The notes under the pieces: model-generated
The model's database searches: none
Told to the model about the DNA's origin: nothing
Seen by the model: only the letters and a program-made list of their open reading frames with translations
Made by a program: the position numbers and the translations under genes
Shown here: positions 1 through 11,040 of the stretch, in pieces
Position numbering within the stretch: the stretch's first letter is position 1
Layout of the letters: every line of letters starts with the position of its first letter
Source: Thecamonas trahens ATCC 50062
Taxonomy: Eukaryota; Protista; Apusomonadida
Length of the DNA: 64,000 nucleotides
NCBI RefSeq assembly: GCF_000142905.1
Contig: NW_013657612.1
Location: 6,159 to 70,158 of the forward strand
Direction of reading: 5' to 3'

Positions 1-116
1 GGGGGGGGGGGGGGGGGCACTTTATCAAAAAAGATCCACAAAGGCGGGGTCGGTCGGCTGTGATCAAGCCGTGTGGATCTACAGGCGCGCCCCGTGCATG
101 GAGTAGCGGTAAACAG

Positions 117-3100
117 CTACGGGTCGTAAAGGTCGTTCTGGGTGTGGAGCTGGCCGGCAAAGTTGGCGGCGTTGGGGAGAATGTAGTCCATCTCCGACTC
201 TGGGACACCGAACCACTGAGCAATGCCGTTCCAGAGCGACTCCCACGGGGTGGTGGGGAGGACGCGGCCCTTGTCGATGACCGAGGGGCCGTCATCGGTG
301 AACTGGTCGAGGTAGGTGCCGAGGATGCGCTGGCCGCGGACCTTGCCGCCGAGGATCATGGCGTTGCCGCCCCAGGCGTGGTCGGTACCCTGACCGTTGT
401 TCTTGAGGGTTCGGGCAAACTCCGAGGCGACGACGACGGTGACGTCGTCCCACAAGCCCTGAAGCTTCATCTCGTTCTCGAAGCGGCCGAGCGGCTTGTC
501 AAAGCCGTCGTAGAGCGAGTCGAGGTCGAACGAGTTGTGGGTGTCAAAACCGCCGACAGTGGCCCAGTAGATGCCACGCTCGGCGCCGTCGTCGCGGGCG
601 GCGACAATGAGCTCGGCCACGCGCTTGATGCGGCGGTTGTTCGACGACGACGAGTCGCTCCACGCCGGGTTGAGGAGCGAGACCGCGTTGATCTGCGCGT
701 TGAGCCGCTCGGTTGAGTTGACGGCCGAGTCGAGCTCATCGCCAAAGAGGTCGGTAAAGGGCGAGCGCGAGCGCTTGGAGAGCATCGTCTTGATAGCGTC
801 GCCAAGCTCGTTCCGCTCGTTGAGCCGCTCGATGGACGAGCCGGTGCCGACAATGTCGTACCGGACCGAGGTACCCGAGAGCGCACGGGTCGAGCCGCGG
901 ACCGACTGCATGACGACCTTGTAGGCGGCACCGGCGGCCGAGGTGAGGACCTCGCCGACGCGGCCGAGGAGGCCCGACGCCGAGACCGAGTCGGCGTCCA
1001 TGGTCCGCCCGTGGAGCTGCATCTGGTTGTGGGCAAAGAGCGAGACCGGGAGCTTGACCTGCTTCTTGGAGTACTGCTCCATAGTTGTCGGCTCGACGAG
1101 GGCGCCGATGTTGGCGAACCAGAGCCCGTCGCCGTTGTTGTAGATCCGCTGCAGCTCCGAGAGCGAGCGGTGCATGCCAAACTGGGTGCAAGGCTGCGGG
1201 TCGCCGCCGTTGTTGGAGATGGGGAGGAGGTCGCCGAGCGGGAGCGAGGCGTCGCCGCGGACGGTTTCGTACTCGGCGCGCACGCCCGCGTTGCAGGTGT
1301 GCGGCTCGAGGGCGGCGAACGAGTCCATGCCTCCGTCGAGGAAGACGTACACGATGGCCTTGAACGGGCGACCCTGCGAAGGCTGGTCCTCGGTCTCGAT
1401 GCGCGGCTCGTCGGCCTCATCGTCGACCGACGAGGTGTGGAACTCGGGCGAGGAGAGGATGGTCTTGACTGCGTGGCGTAAGGCTGTGTCGCGGTCGCTG
1501 GCGGCCTCGATGCGGTCAAACTCGGCGGCGACAATGTTGGCGGTCTTCATGCCGCGCATGAGGCGGCCACCGGTGAGGACCAGGCCAAGTTCGTCGATAA
1601 TGTCAGCAGTGCTGACCGACGCGAGGCGGGCGGCGGCGTTCTCAAAGTACATGAGCCGGCCGTCGGCCTGTGCAAACGGATCCGAGTTGCACGAGTAGGT
1701 GCGGAGGTAGGTGCCAAAGCCATCGTAGCAGTTGGTGAGCCCATTGTCGACGAGCGAGTGCAGGCCGTTGAGGAGCGCAATCATGATCGGCGGCGTGGCC
1801 AGCTGTGCGGCCGGCGCGTAGAGGCCGTGCGAGAGAAGGTCGCCGGCCGGCTGGTTCTCCGGTAGGTAAAGTTGAAGACCGTGGGTGACTGGAGCGGGCC
1901 GACCTCGATGACCGATGCGGTGATGATCTGCAGCTCGCGCGTCCGGGTTGTCTCGTACTCGAGAGCGCGGAGGACCTTGTGGATCGAGACAAACGGGTCG
2001 TTGACCATGCCAAACGAGGGGTCTGTCATGAGGACCGGCGCGCGGGCCTCGCGGTCGGTGAGAATGGCAAAGACGGCGGCGCCGAGGTCGCCATACTTGC
2101 CAGTAAAGGTGCGGACCGAGCCGTCGTCGGCAACGACGGTGCCGGTGCGGAAGGCGTGGACAACCGAGCGCATGTACCGCGGCGACGGGTTCGATGTCAC
2201 CATGTGCTGGATGAGCCGCCAGCAGATGAACGGTCCGGTCGAGTCGTGCTCGGCGAGTGACTCGAGGAGGGCGTCGACGTCGTCGTACGCGTTTTTGGCG
2301 TACATGTACTGCGAGGTCCACGTCCGCGAGGTGATGTCGCCAAAGCCGACAAAGCGCATAAACGTCGGTGGGTTGCGGAACGAGTATGCGTCGCCGTCGC
2401 CGAGGAAGACGGTTGAGAGGCGGTTGCGGACGTAGCGCGGGCGCCCGCCGGCGCGGCGCGGCGGCAGCGCAAAGATGGTCTGCATCGAGAGGGCGCCAGC
2501 GTCAGCAGCCGCCGTCCAAACGCGGACGCCCGACGAGGCAGCTGCGGCCGCGCACTCGGCGCTCACGCACTCGACGTACTCGCCGGTCGGGTAGAGGGTC
2601 GGTGCCGCAGAGCCGAGGAAGACCTTGGACGTGAGCTCGGCGAGCGTGGCGTTGACAAGCTCGGCTGTCGAGGCAAAAACCTGGGTCTCGACCACGCGGG
2701 TGGCGCAGATGCATGAGACGCCCTCGGCCGTGGTCTCGGGCGCGCAGCCAGCCGGGCACGAGCCGTCGGCGGCGGCGACAGGCACGTCAGAATTCCAGCG
2801 AACGCGGAAGACGTTGTTCGAGTTCTTCTGCAGCACGCGCTCGTTCGAAGGCACGATGGGGTCGACCAGGCCGACGCGGCCCGACTCGTAGACCTGGACC
2901 GAGACGGAGCACGGCTCGTGCGACCACTGTGGTGAGTAGTGGTGGCAGGTCCAAGTGTACCAGCCGTTGTCGGAGCGCGGGTCGCAGAGGCCGTAGCCGG
3001 CGGCGGCGCAGCGAGCCTCGGTAGTGGCGTAGTCAGTGTACTCGGCAATGTAGTTGCAGAGGCCCGGGATGTTGCGGATAGGGTCGGTGGTGTCCGACGC

Positions 3101-6100
3101 GTCGCAGCAAGTCGGCATGGCGGCCGGCGACGCGGGGTCGGCGCACACGCGGCGGTTGTTGAACGAGAGCGACTTGCCGTCGTTAAAGAGCGAGAGGCGA
3201 ACGCACGGGACGCCAAAGTGGCGGTAGTAGTTGGTGACGTTGCCGATGGGGTCAATAATCTTGACGGTGTTGACCGAACCAGCGTCGCACTCGACGCCTG
3301 AGCACGGAACCGAGGCAGGCAGCGCGACCATGGCCGGGAAGGTACAGGGCAGGCCCGGAGCGGCGCGGCCGCAAAGAGCCTCAAAGATGCCGGACGAGCC
3401 GTCCGACTTGGGCGTGAACTGCGCAATGCGGAACTCGTTGGAGTCATAGTTGGAGACGCCCGAGGAAGCGCCGATGTAATCGTAGCGGGCGCCCTGCATG
3501 AGCCACGGCCGAGCCGGGAGCTCGTCGCAGAGCGGGTAGGTGTCGCCGAGGTAGCCGCCGTTTGCGCCGAGCTCGAGCTTGGGCATGCGGTCGTGGTAGA
3601 CGGCGTTGATGCGCATGGGATCGACACCGGTGCGGCCGGACGGCAGGTCGATGACGTTGCGGCGGAAGTTGTAGCCCTCAAAGCCGGTCCAGATGCGGGC
3701 GTAGTCAACAATGTCCTCCTGGGTGTAGGTCGGGACTGGGAGGCCGGCGTCGTTGAGCACCTGGGTCCCGTCGTCATTGAGCTCGATGAGGCCAATGGAG
3801 AAGAGCTGCATGATCTCACGGGCGTAGTTCTCGTCGGGGAACGACTGGCGAGTGGCGTACGAGCGCGAGCCGGTGTACGTCAGATAGTCGCCCATGAAGC
3901 GGTTGAACGAGACTTCCTTGAGAATGTCAAAGAACGAGCCAAAGGCGTTGCGCGTAAAGGCATCGTAGTAGTGGAGGAAGCCCTCGGGCCTCTCGCGGTG
4001 GCCGGGCAGGGTGGCGGTGGAGATAACGAGGATGTTGGAGAGAGTAAAGGCGACGCGCTGGCGGAGCTGGTCCTCAGCCTTGTGCATGACGTTGTTGAGC
4101 ACGTTCTCGGTCGTGGTCTCCATGATCATGGGCGCGTCGAGCGAGCGCTCGGCAAAGCGGCGTTCGGGGTTGTCGTTAAAGGCGTAGTACATGTAGTGCT
4201 CGCCGAGGAGCGGGTTGTTGGCGACTTCATCGTACGAGCCGCAGGCGAGAGCGCCACCGAGCGGGGCGGCCGAGATAGCGCCGACGCGGAGGGCGAGGGC
4301 GATGGTTTGGAGCTGTGGCGAGAGGGCGGCAAACTGGATCGAGTCGCCAAAGCGGCCGACAACCGGCAGGTCGACGGCGTGGGCCTCCCACCGCGACATC
4401 GGATGCGAGGCCGGGTAGAAAATCTCGGCGCCGCCGTCGCGGGCGTAGCGCTCAATCGGGTTGGGATTGCCAGCCATGGCGGCGGCGCTGTTGCCCGGGT
4501 GGACGCCATTCCAGTGGGTGGCGTCGCGGACCGAGTACTCGTCGGGGTGGACATGCTGCCAGCAAAAGCCGTCCGCCGCGACGCGGGCGCCGATGGTGGC
4601 GGTGTCGGACGAGTCGCACGAGGCGCCCGGAACGAGAACAATGTCGCGGAGGAGCGGGTTGGCCTTGTCGCCGGTGGTGGTGAGCGCGTTGACGATGGTG
4701 GCCTTGGTGGTGGCGCCGATGCCGGGCGTCTCGCCGCACGAGCCGGCGGTGCCGACGTTGACCCAGCGCGAGCGCGAGCCGGCGCAGGGCGAGACGGCGT
4801 ACGCGCCCTCGAGGCGGAGGTTGCGCATCGAGTACACGATGCGGCGGTTGGCCGACTCGTCGAGGTACCACGTGCGGATCATAGTGGTGTTGAGGAAAAA
4901 GTTGACAGCGTCAAAGACCGGGAGGCCTGTGCCGCACTCGGGGCGGATGACGCACCCCGGAGCGTTCTGGTAGTTGATGGGCGCGAGCGGGCACTCGGTG
5001 GCGCCGGAAAAGACCGACGACGGCTGCTCGATGGTGTTGGTCACAAACTTGGCGCGCTTGTCGTGGCGGTAAAAGACGCCGTCACGGCGCATAAACGTGT
5101 TGCCGTCCGCGTCCTCGCCGACGGTGCAGCCGGGAGTGCGGTGGGTGACGACAAAGATGCCCGGCCGCGGGGTGACAACTGGCGACATGTCGACCTCGGC
5201 AGAGGTGACGGTCTGGAGCGCGGCGGCCGGGAGGCGGGCGCCGTTGTTGCCAAACTCGATGGCGGGGTTGTCGAGGGCGAGCGGGTTGGTAAAGGCCGAG
5301 TTGGACGAGCAGCGGGACCAGGTGGTGCCCCACGTTTCGAGGCGGACACGCTCGCCGACACCCTCGTTGATGCAGCGGACCATGTACGACGTCGAGGCCG
5401 GGAACGAGCCCGGGTGCGCCTCTCCGAACCACTCGGTGAGCTCGGCGCGAAGCGCGCCGTCGATGTAGAGCGAGAAGCGGCCGGGTGCGTCGCCGGTGGT
5501 CACATCAAGCCTCTTCTGCTCGTCACGGAAGGTAAAGACCGAGCGGTGCCAGCGCGAGCCGATGTCGCACGGAGTGGTCTCGTCGGCAGGCGCCGGTGCG
5601 CCCGGGTAGACGCGGGCGTTGGCGCGTTGGCGCATGTACGCGCGGACAGAGGTCCGCGGCTTGGCTTGCTGATCAAGGACCCAGGCGGCGGCGTCGTCGC
5701 CAAAGGTGGCGGCGACCGACTGGATCTCGCTCATCGACGCACCAAAGGTGCCCTGCGAGAGCAGGCGGGCGACGCGGCGCTGGGTCGACATGTCGACGAG
5801 CTGCGGCGGGACCGCCAGCGGGCGGGTCGTCACCTCGCCCGAGGAGAAGATCCGGCAGACGGCCGAGTCATCGCACACAACCTCGGTGGTCGGCCGGTCG
5901 TTGCGCGGCGTCGGCTCCCACGGGTTGCCGTCGTACGACCGCGCTACGGTGCAATTGCATCCGGGGTCTTCGGCGACGTGGACCTCGCCGGGCGGAGCCG
6001 GCGGCGGGAGCGCAAAGCCGCCGAGCGGCGGCGGCGGTGACGGGACAAGGTTGCCGGAGGCTCCGCCATCACTGTTGGCCGCAGCAAGCGGACCGTCCAG

Positions 6101-6613
6101 GAAGAGCCAGGCCACCGTCGCGCCTGCAGCCATCGCAAGGCAACAGAGAGTGATCGTCGTCGCCAGAATGGCGCGGCGCCTGGTGCAGCAGCTCTGCTTG
6201 AGTGCCTTTTCCATGCCGAGCGTGCCCAGCACGTCGTCGTCGTCGTCGGCGTACGAAAAGGTGTGGGTGTTGGTCCCGAGCGGGGCCATGGCAATCGCCG
6301 CGCCCGACGGCCGCGGCGGAGGCGCCGGCCGCGCCGCCGGCCGCGCAGGCAGCGCCGGCTTGGCCGGTCGCGCAGGCGGTGTCGGCTTGGTGGCAAACCG
6401 GTCGTTGGCATACGGATCGCCAGCGTAGTCGCCGTCGTTGCCGTAGCCGGCATCGTCGCCGTACCCTTGGTCGTCGCCGTAGTACGCATCGTCACCGTAG
6501 TACTCGCCATTGTTGTCGCCGTAGTACGCATCGTCACCGTAGTACTCGCCGTTGTCGTTGGCATTGTATCCATCATTTCCTTGGCCGTAGCCATGGTTGG
6601 AATCCCAAGCCAT
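117..6613 (-). CDS. Type II membrane-anchored DUF1800-DUF1501 fusion protein (~2165 aa; one -1 frame break at ~1868-1870)
   Basis: ORF 1781..6628 has DUF1800 motifs (RLLSQGTFG, DQLRQRVAFTLSNILVIS, PDENYAREIMQLFSIGL, TSNPSPRY, SPTVFNF). ORF 117..2321 continues with YLPENQPAG and then DUF1501 motifs (VYVFLDGGMDS, FGMH, FANIG, LFAHN, GGFDTH, SEFARTL..NG.GTDHAWGG). Adding one T to the TTT at 1868-1870 gives VFNFYLPENQP. ATG at 6613; TM helix at ~6098-6172. Confidence 0.88.
6460..6560 (-). repeat. 42-nt coding tandem repeat (NNGEYYGDDAYYGD-like, about 2 copies) in the N-terminal tail
   Basis: cgccgtagtacgcatcgtcaccgtagtactcgcc occurs twice, 42 nt apart. Confidence 0.8.
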
Positions 6614-6991
6614 CTGCACACCACACAACCCACCACAGAGTCACATAGTCGTTCTATGAGTTGTTGTTGTTGGCTGACATCATGCACCTTCTACTTTGTC
6701 ATACGCACGAACGAGTGTATGACATAGCGCTCAGAAGGGAGACGGGGTGGGGTGGGGAAGAGGGGAGGGAGCCGCGCCGCTAGGGGAGGGGGGGGAGGGG
6801 GAGGGTCGGGGGTTGGCGAACGTACGATGACGGACGGAGAGAGGAGAATGCACGTTGGTAGGAAAACTGGCAGGACAGCGGATGTGGCGGAGTTGGGCGA
6901 CCTGTTACCGGGACACAAGCTATCGTAGTATGCGTGGCCAGGGAGCAGGCAGACAGGGGGGTGGGAGGGGGGAGGGGGACTTTGTCGTCGT

Positions 6992-9192
6992 CTACACCAA
7001 GAGTACAAGTGAGGCGTCCATGCCGCTCTCGTCGAGATCAAACGGCGCAACGAGTGAGTCGTCAAAACCGTCGTCGGAGGGCGACGAGGCGATGCCGCCC
7101 GAGGCCGACAAGCGGTCGGGGGAGAAGACGAGACGGCGTCGGCGGCAGTGGTGGCAGCAAGCTCGAGCGCAGCGCTGAGGCGAACAAAACCGGAGCGGCG
7201 AAGAGCGTGGACAGTGGCGCGGCCGTCGCCGGAGAGCTCCGAGTCGCAGAGCAGGACATCGAGGAGAAGGATCATGCGGGCGTAGGCCGACTTGCAGCTG
7301 GCATGACCGAGGATCTCGTCGGCGGCGCCGCGCTTGCCAGCGGCGGTTGCCTCGGCGTACAGCACCGCGGCAACGGGATGGGCGACGCCGAGGCCGAGCT
7401 TGGCCTGCAGGGCCTTGGCAGCGGTGAGCGCGTCGCGGTAGCGGGCGCGGAGTGAGGCCGAGATCCACTGGCGCCGGTCGGGCGCAGGGTCAGCGCCGGC
7501 CGGGTCAACAGCCTTGAGGGCGCGGACACCACTTGCGTAGAACGAGAGCGCGAGGAGGTAGAGGCCGAGCGAGGAGGAGAGCATCGACTGCATGCGGTGG
7601 GCAAGTGCGAGCTCTTCGACGACCGCGCCGTAGCGGGCAAACATCTCGACGCCGGCGGCCGGTGTGGCCACGACTGCGGCCGAGTCGCCGGCCCACGGCG
7701 GACACCAGAGCTTGCCTGACGCCATCGAGCCGATCGCGGCGGCGGTGCGGAGAGCGGCAGCGGCGGTAGGCGACGGCTGAGCATCGGGAGCAGAAGGCGC
7801 AAAGTACTCGACCAGCGGACGATCCGGATAGACGTCGCGCACGGCAGCCGGGCCCGATGCCGCCAGCAGCGCCTCGTCGGCGTCGTCCGACGTCCCGCTC
7901 ACCGCTACCAGTTCCCACTCGTCAGAGAGTTCCCACTCGTCGTCGTTGGACGGGGCAGGCGGCGCGTTGCTGGACGATGTGAGCGGAGGCGCGGCGCCGG
8001 AAAGAGGGCGGAACGGGTCTGTGGAGAGCAAGGTCTTTTGCGCGGTGCCGCGGACCTCGTCGGCGTTGACACGGATTTGCTGGCGGGGAGCGGTGCCAGG
8101 CGGATGCGGCGAGCCGAGGTGCGACTCGGCCTGCATGCGGCGCTCCAGTTGATCGAGCACATCGTCACCGCCAACAGCAACGTCCGACGGGCCGGGCAGG
8201 ACGCCAATGTCGATGGCGGAGGCGGCGGCTTCGCCATCGCTGTCCAACAGGCCAGAGTCCGGCGGTCGGGCAAGGCCATCGTCGGCCTGCGGCTGCGGGG
8301 CCGGGACGGCCGAGATGGCGTCGTACGCAGCCATGTCCAGCCACGGCGAGGTGACGACACGGGCCATGGAGGCCCGTGCCTCTGGATCCTTGACAAGCAG
8401 GTAGTCGCGGAGGAGCTCCAGCAGGCCGTCGGAGACCCGGCCGGTGAGGCGCTCGTTCAGGCGGAGCGGCTCGTTGACGACCTTGGAGAAGAGAGCGACT
8501 TGGGTGCGGGCCGAGACCGGGACCTCGCCGACAGCCATCTGGAAGACGATGGCGCCGAGCGACCAGATGTCGGCCTTGTGTGAGTAGGCCTGATGATCGG
8601 CAAGCTCGGGCGACATGTACAGAGGAGTGCCGAGAAACGAGTTTGTCAGCGAGTCGTCGTTGAGCGTCCGAGAGAAGCCAAAGTCTGCGATCTTGATGCC
8701 GTAGTAGCCGATCTCGCCGCGGCGAGCGCCAGGGCGCGCCGGCGGCGAGGCGCTCGTGAGCAGGATGTTCTGTGGCTTGAGATCGCGATGAACAATGTCC
8801 AGCGAGTGCAGGTAGCGAAGACCGTCGACAATTTGCTGAGCAAACCAGCGGACTCGTGGCTCTGCAAAGCCCACGCCCTTGTACTTTGCCATCTCATCGG
8901 CCAGCTCGCCTCCGTCTGCCAGCTCGAGGAACATGTAGACCTTGCCGGCGCGCCTACGGAGATCAATGAGAGCAATCAGACATGGATGAGGATTGGCGGT
9001 GATGAGCTTGAGGACAGCAATTTCCGATTCCAAATTCCGTGCCGCCGTCGAACTCATCGACTTTATCGACAGCTTCTTCATGGCCACCAGCTCGCCCGTC
9101 TCCATGTGTCGCGCTCGGTAGACCTTGGCAAACTGACCCGAGCCGAGCTCATGAAGAACCTCATACGACCAGCAGATGTACCGCTTGCCCAT
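6992..9192 (-). CDS. ATG1: ATG1/ULK-family Ser/Thr kinase with C-terminal tandem-MIT (EAT)-like domain; probable -1 break at ~7118-7122
   Basis: Kinase motifs LGSGQFAKVY, VAMK, HRDLKPQNILL, KIADFGFSR, GTPLYMSPE, KADIWSLG. C-terminal helical region (LGLYLLAL..RARY..AADEILG..AYARMILLL) resembles the Atg1 EAT domain. ATG at 9192. As given, the ORF runs into low-complexity sequence to 6691; adding one C gives an acidic tail that stops at 6992. Confidence 0.82.
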
Positions 9193-9366
9193 ACTCTCCC
9201 GGGTGGACGAAAGTATGCGCTTGGTGTGTGGCTCCGGGAGGGGGGGGGGGGGAGGGGGGGTTGGCCGCCGAGAGCGATTGGGCTGCGAGGAGTGTTCCGT
9301 TTCGGTGTGAGAGGGGAAAGTGTGCCGTTTGTGGGTAGGGGTCATCGATGTGTTGTTGTGTGTGTG

Positions 9367-9394
9367 TTAGGGTTAGGGTTAGCGTTAGGGTTAG
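9367..9394 (+). repeat. Short interstitial telomere-like repeat TTAGGG TTAGGG TTAGCG TTAGGG TTAG
   Basis: Read directly from the sequence. Confidence 0.8.
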
Positions 9395-9449
9395 CTTTGG
9401 GGAAGGGCATCAGGCGCATCCTTGAGTAAGTTGGGCAGGTAGTGTGAAG

Positions 9450-9510
9450 TGTGATATGATGTGATGTGATGTTATGTGTGTAAGTATGTATGTATGTGTG
9501 TATGTATGTA

Positions 9511-9550
<40 letters not shown>
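9450..9550. repeat. Compound microsatellite (TGATG)n/(TATG)n/(TG)n
   Basis: Read directly from the sequence. Confidence 0.9.
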
Positions 9551-9554
<4 letters not shown>

Positions 9555-9912
9555 GTGTGCGTCAGCTTGAGAGTGTGAGGAGCATGTTCATCTGATTGCA
9601 TGTCTGAATTTGGATCTCTGATCTTTGTGCGTCCTCATCACCCTTTATCCCTCTCCCCCCCCTCTTCCTTTCCCTCCATCTTCTCCTTCTCGCCCCCTCC
9701 CCCCCTCCCCATCCTCCCCATCCCCGCACTATCCTCCCTCCCACCCACCCTCTCCGTGCTGTCTCCATAGCCCACTCTGACCAATCCCTGCCATGCCCTT
9801 GCTTCACATTAAGGTCAAAAATCGCGCCGACGAGCCATTCGGCCATTGGCCGCCAACGGCCACCGACCTCACTGGGCTGGGCTGGGCTGGGCGGACGGGC
9901 CAGAGAGCAGAC

Positions 9913-10908
9913 ATGGCCGGGCAGGGTGGACAGAGGTTTGGAGGCGATGATTTGCATGAAGAAGTAGCACGTATGCGTGCAAGAGGACGGGCTCGACGTC
10001 GCCGCAACATGGCGGCAGCCTCTAGCAGTGGTGACGGCCAGGAGGGCGTCGGCCACAACGTCGCCGACTCACACAACTCGCTTGGTGCGGCACGGCTTGC
10101 TCCTCACCAGACGAGCCGACTCGGTCACCGGTGGTCTGATGCTGCTCGGCAAGACGGAGTCGGGGGAAAATCCCATTCGCTGGAATTGCCGCTGCCAGAC
10201 GACGACAACTCGCTGGGAGGCAAGGTGGACCGGTCTGCTGGCCATGGTCAGCACGACGGGAGGAGCCTGCTGTCCGGCGCGGGCGATGGGGCACTCTCGA
10301 CGTCGGCCTTGGCGACACATGATGGCGGACAGATGCATGGCGGACGGAACGCGAGTCAGGGCCAGGACGAGAGCGGGAGGAGGAGGAGAGAGCTCTCGCC
10401 GGTGGTTCCGGCTCCGGTGCGGACCCATGACGAAGCGCTCTCTGTCGTCGACGCTGACGAGGTCGACGCCATCCTGGCCTCCATCCGGGCCAATCGCCGC
10501 CGGCGCAAGGAGGAGCACGACACGCTCTATGCGCGGCTGGAGAAGCACAAAGAGGCGCTGAAGCGGCAGCTGGCCGAGGCCCACGCCGCCGCCACCGACT
10601 TTCCGCCGCTCGCAGACTCGGCGTCGTTTGCAGAGCTGGCACCGGCTGCCACGCCACCGCGGTCCACGGGCCTTCCCGAGCCTCGTGCCGGTACTACAGC
10701 AACCGAGCCGGATGCGCCGGCACCGCTTGCCGACACCTCGCGCTTCTCAATGGCCTCGTTTAGCGAGCTCGGCTCATCGCGGGTGAGCCAAGACGAGTAT
10801 GTGCGCGAGCTGGAGGCCCGCCGCGCCGAGCGCAAGCGCATCCTGGCCCGCACGCTTCAGGCCGCCAGCGAGCCGGCGCCGGCGCCGGCGCCCGCAACTG
10901 GTGGCCAG
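9913..10908 (+). CDS. Hypothetical protein with coiled-coil segments, truncated by an assembly gap
   Basis: Open frame from the ATG at 9913 (MAGQGG; an upstream in-frame ATG is at 9793) to the N-gap. Codon usage looks coding, with heptad-like stretches (LYARLEKHKEALKRQLAEA, YVRELEARRAERKR). Confidence 0.55.
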
Positions 10909-11008
10909 NNNNNNNNNNNNNNNNNNNNNNNNNNNNNNNNNNNNNNNNNNNNNNNNNNNNNNNNNNNNNNNNNNNNNNNNNNNNNNNNNNNNNNNNNNNN
11001 NNNNNNNN
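10909..11008. other. Assembly gap (100 N)
   Basis: N run. Confidence 1.
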
Positions 11009-11040
11009 CCCCCCCCCCCTTCCCCCCCCTTCCCCCAGCC

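Noticed and set aside
3593-6040. Long antisense or alternate-frame ORFs (also 10774-13104, 26621-28723, 30428-32221, 50729-52675 and many others)
   Set aside because: Shadow ORFs expected from high GC3 codon bias opposite real genes; no recognisable domains
9367-9394. Chromosome end or telomerase RNA template
   Set aside because: The tract is short, degenerate and flanked by genes, with no supporting structure visible
9823-9840. RADEPF peptide upstream echoing SND1 DRADEPF (partial duplication?)
   Set aside because: Only six residues with differing codons and no flanking similarity; treated as chance
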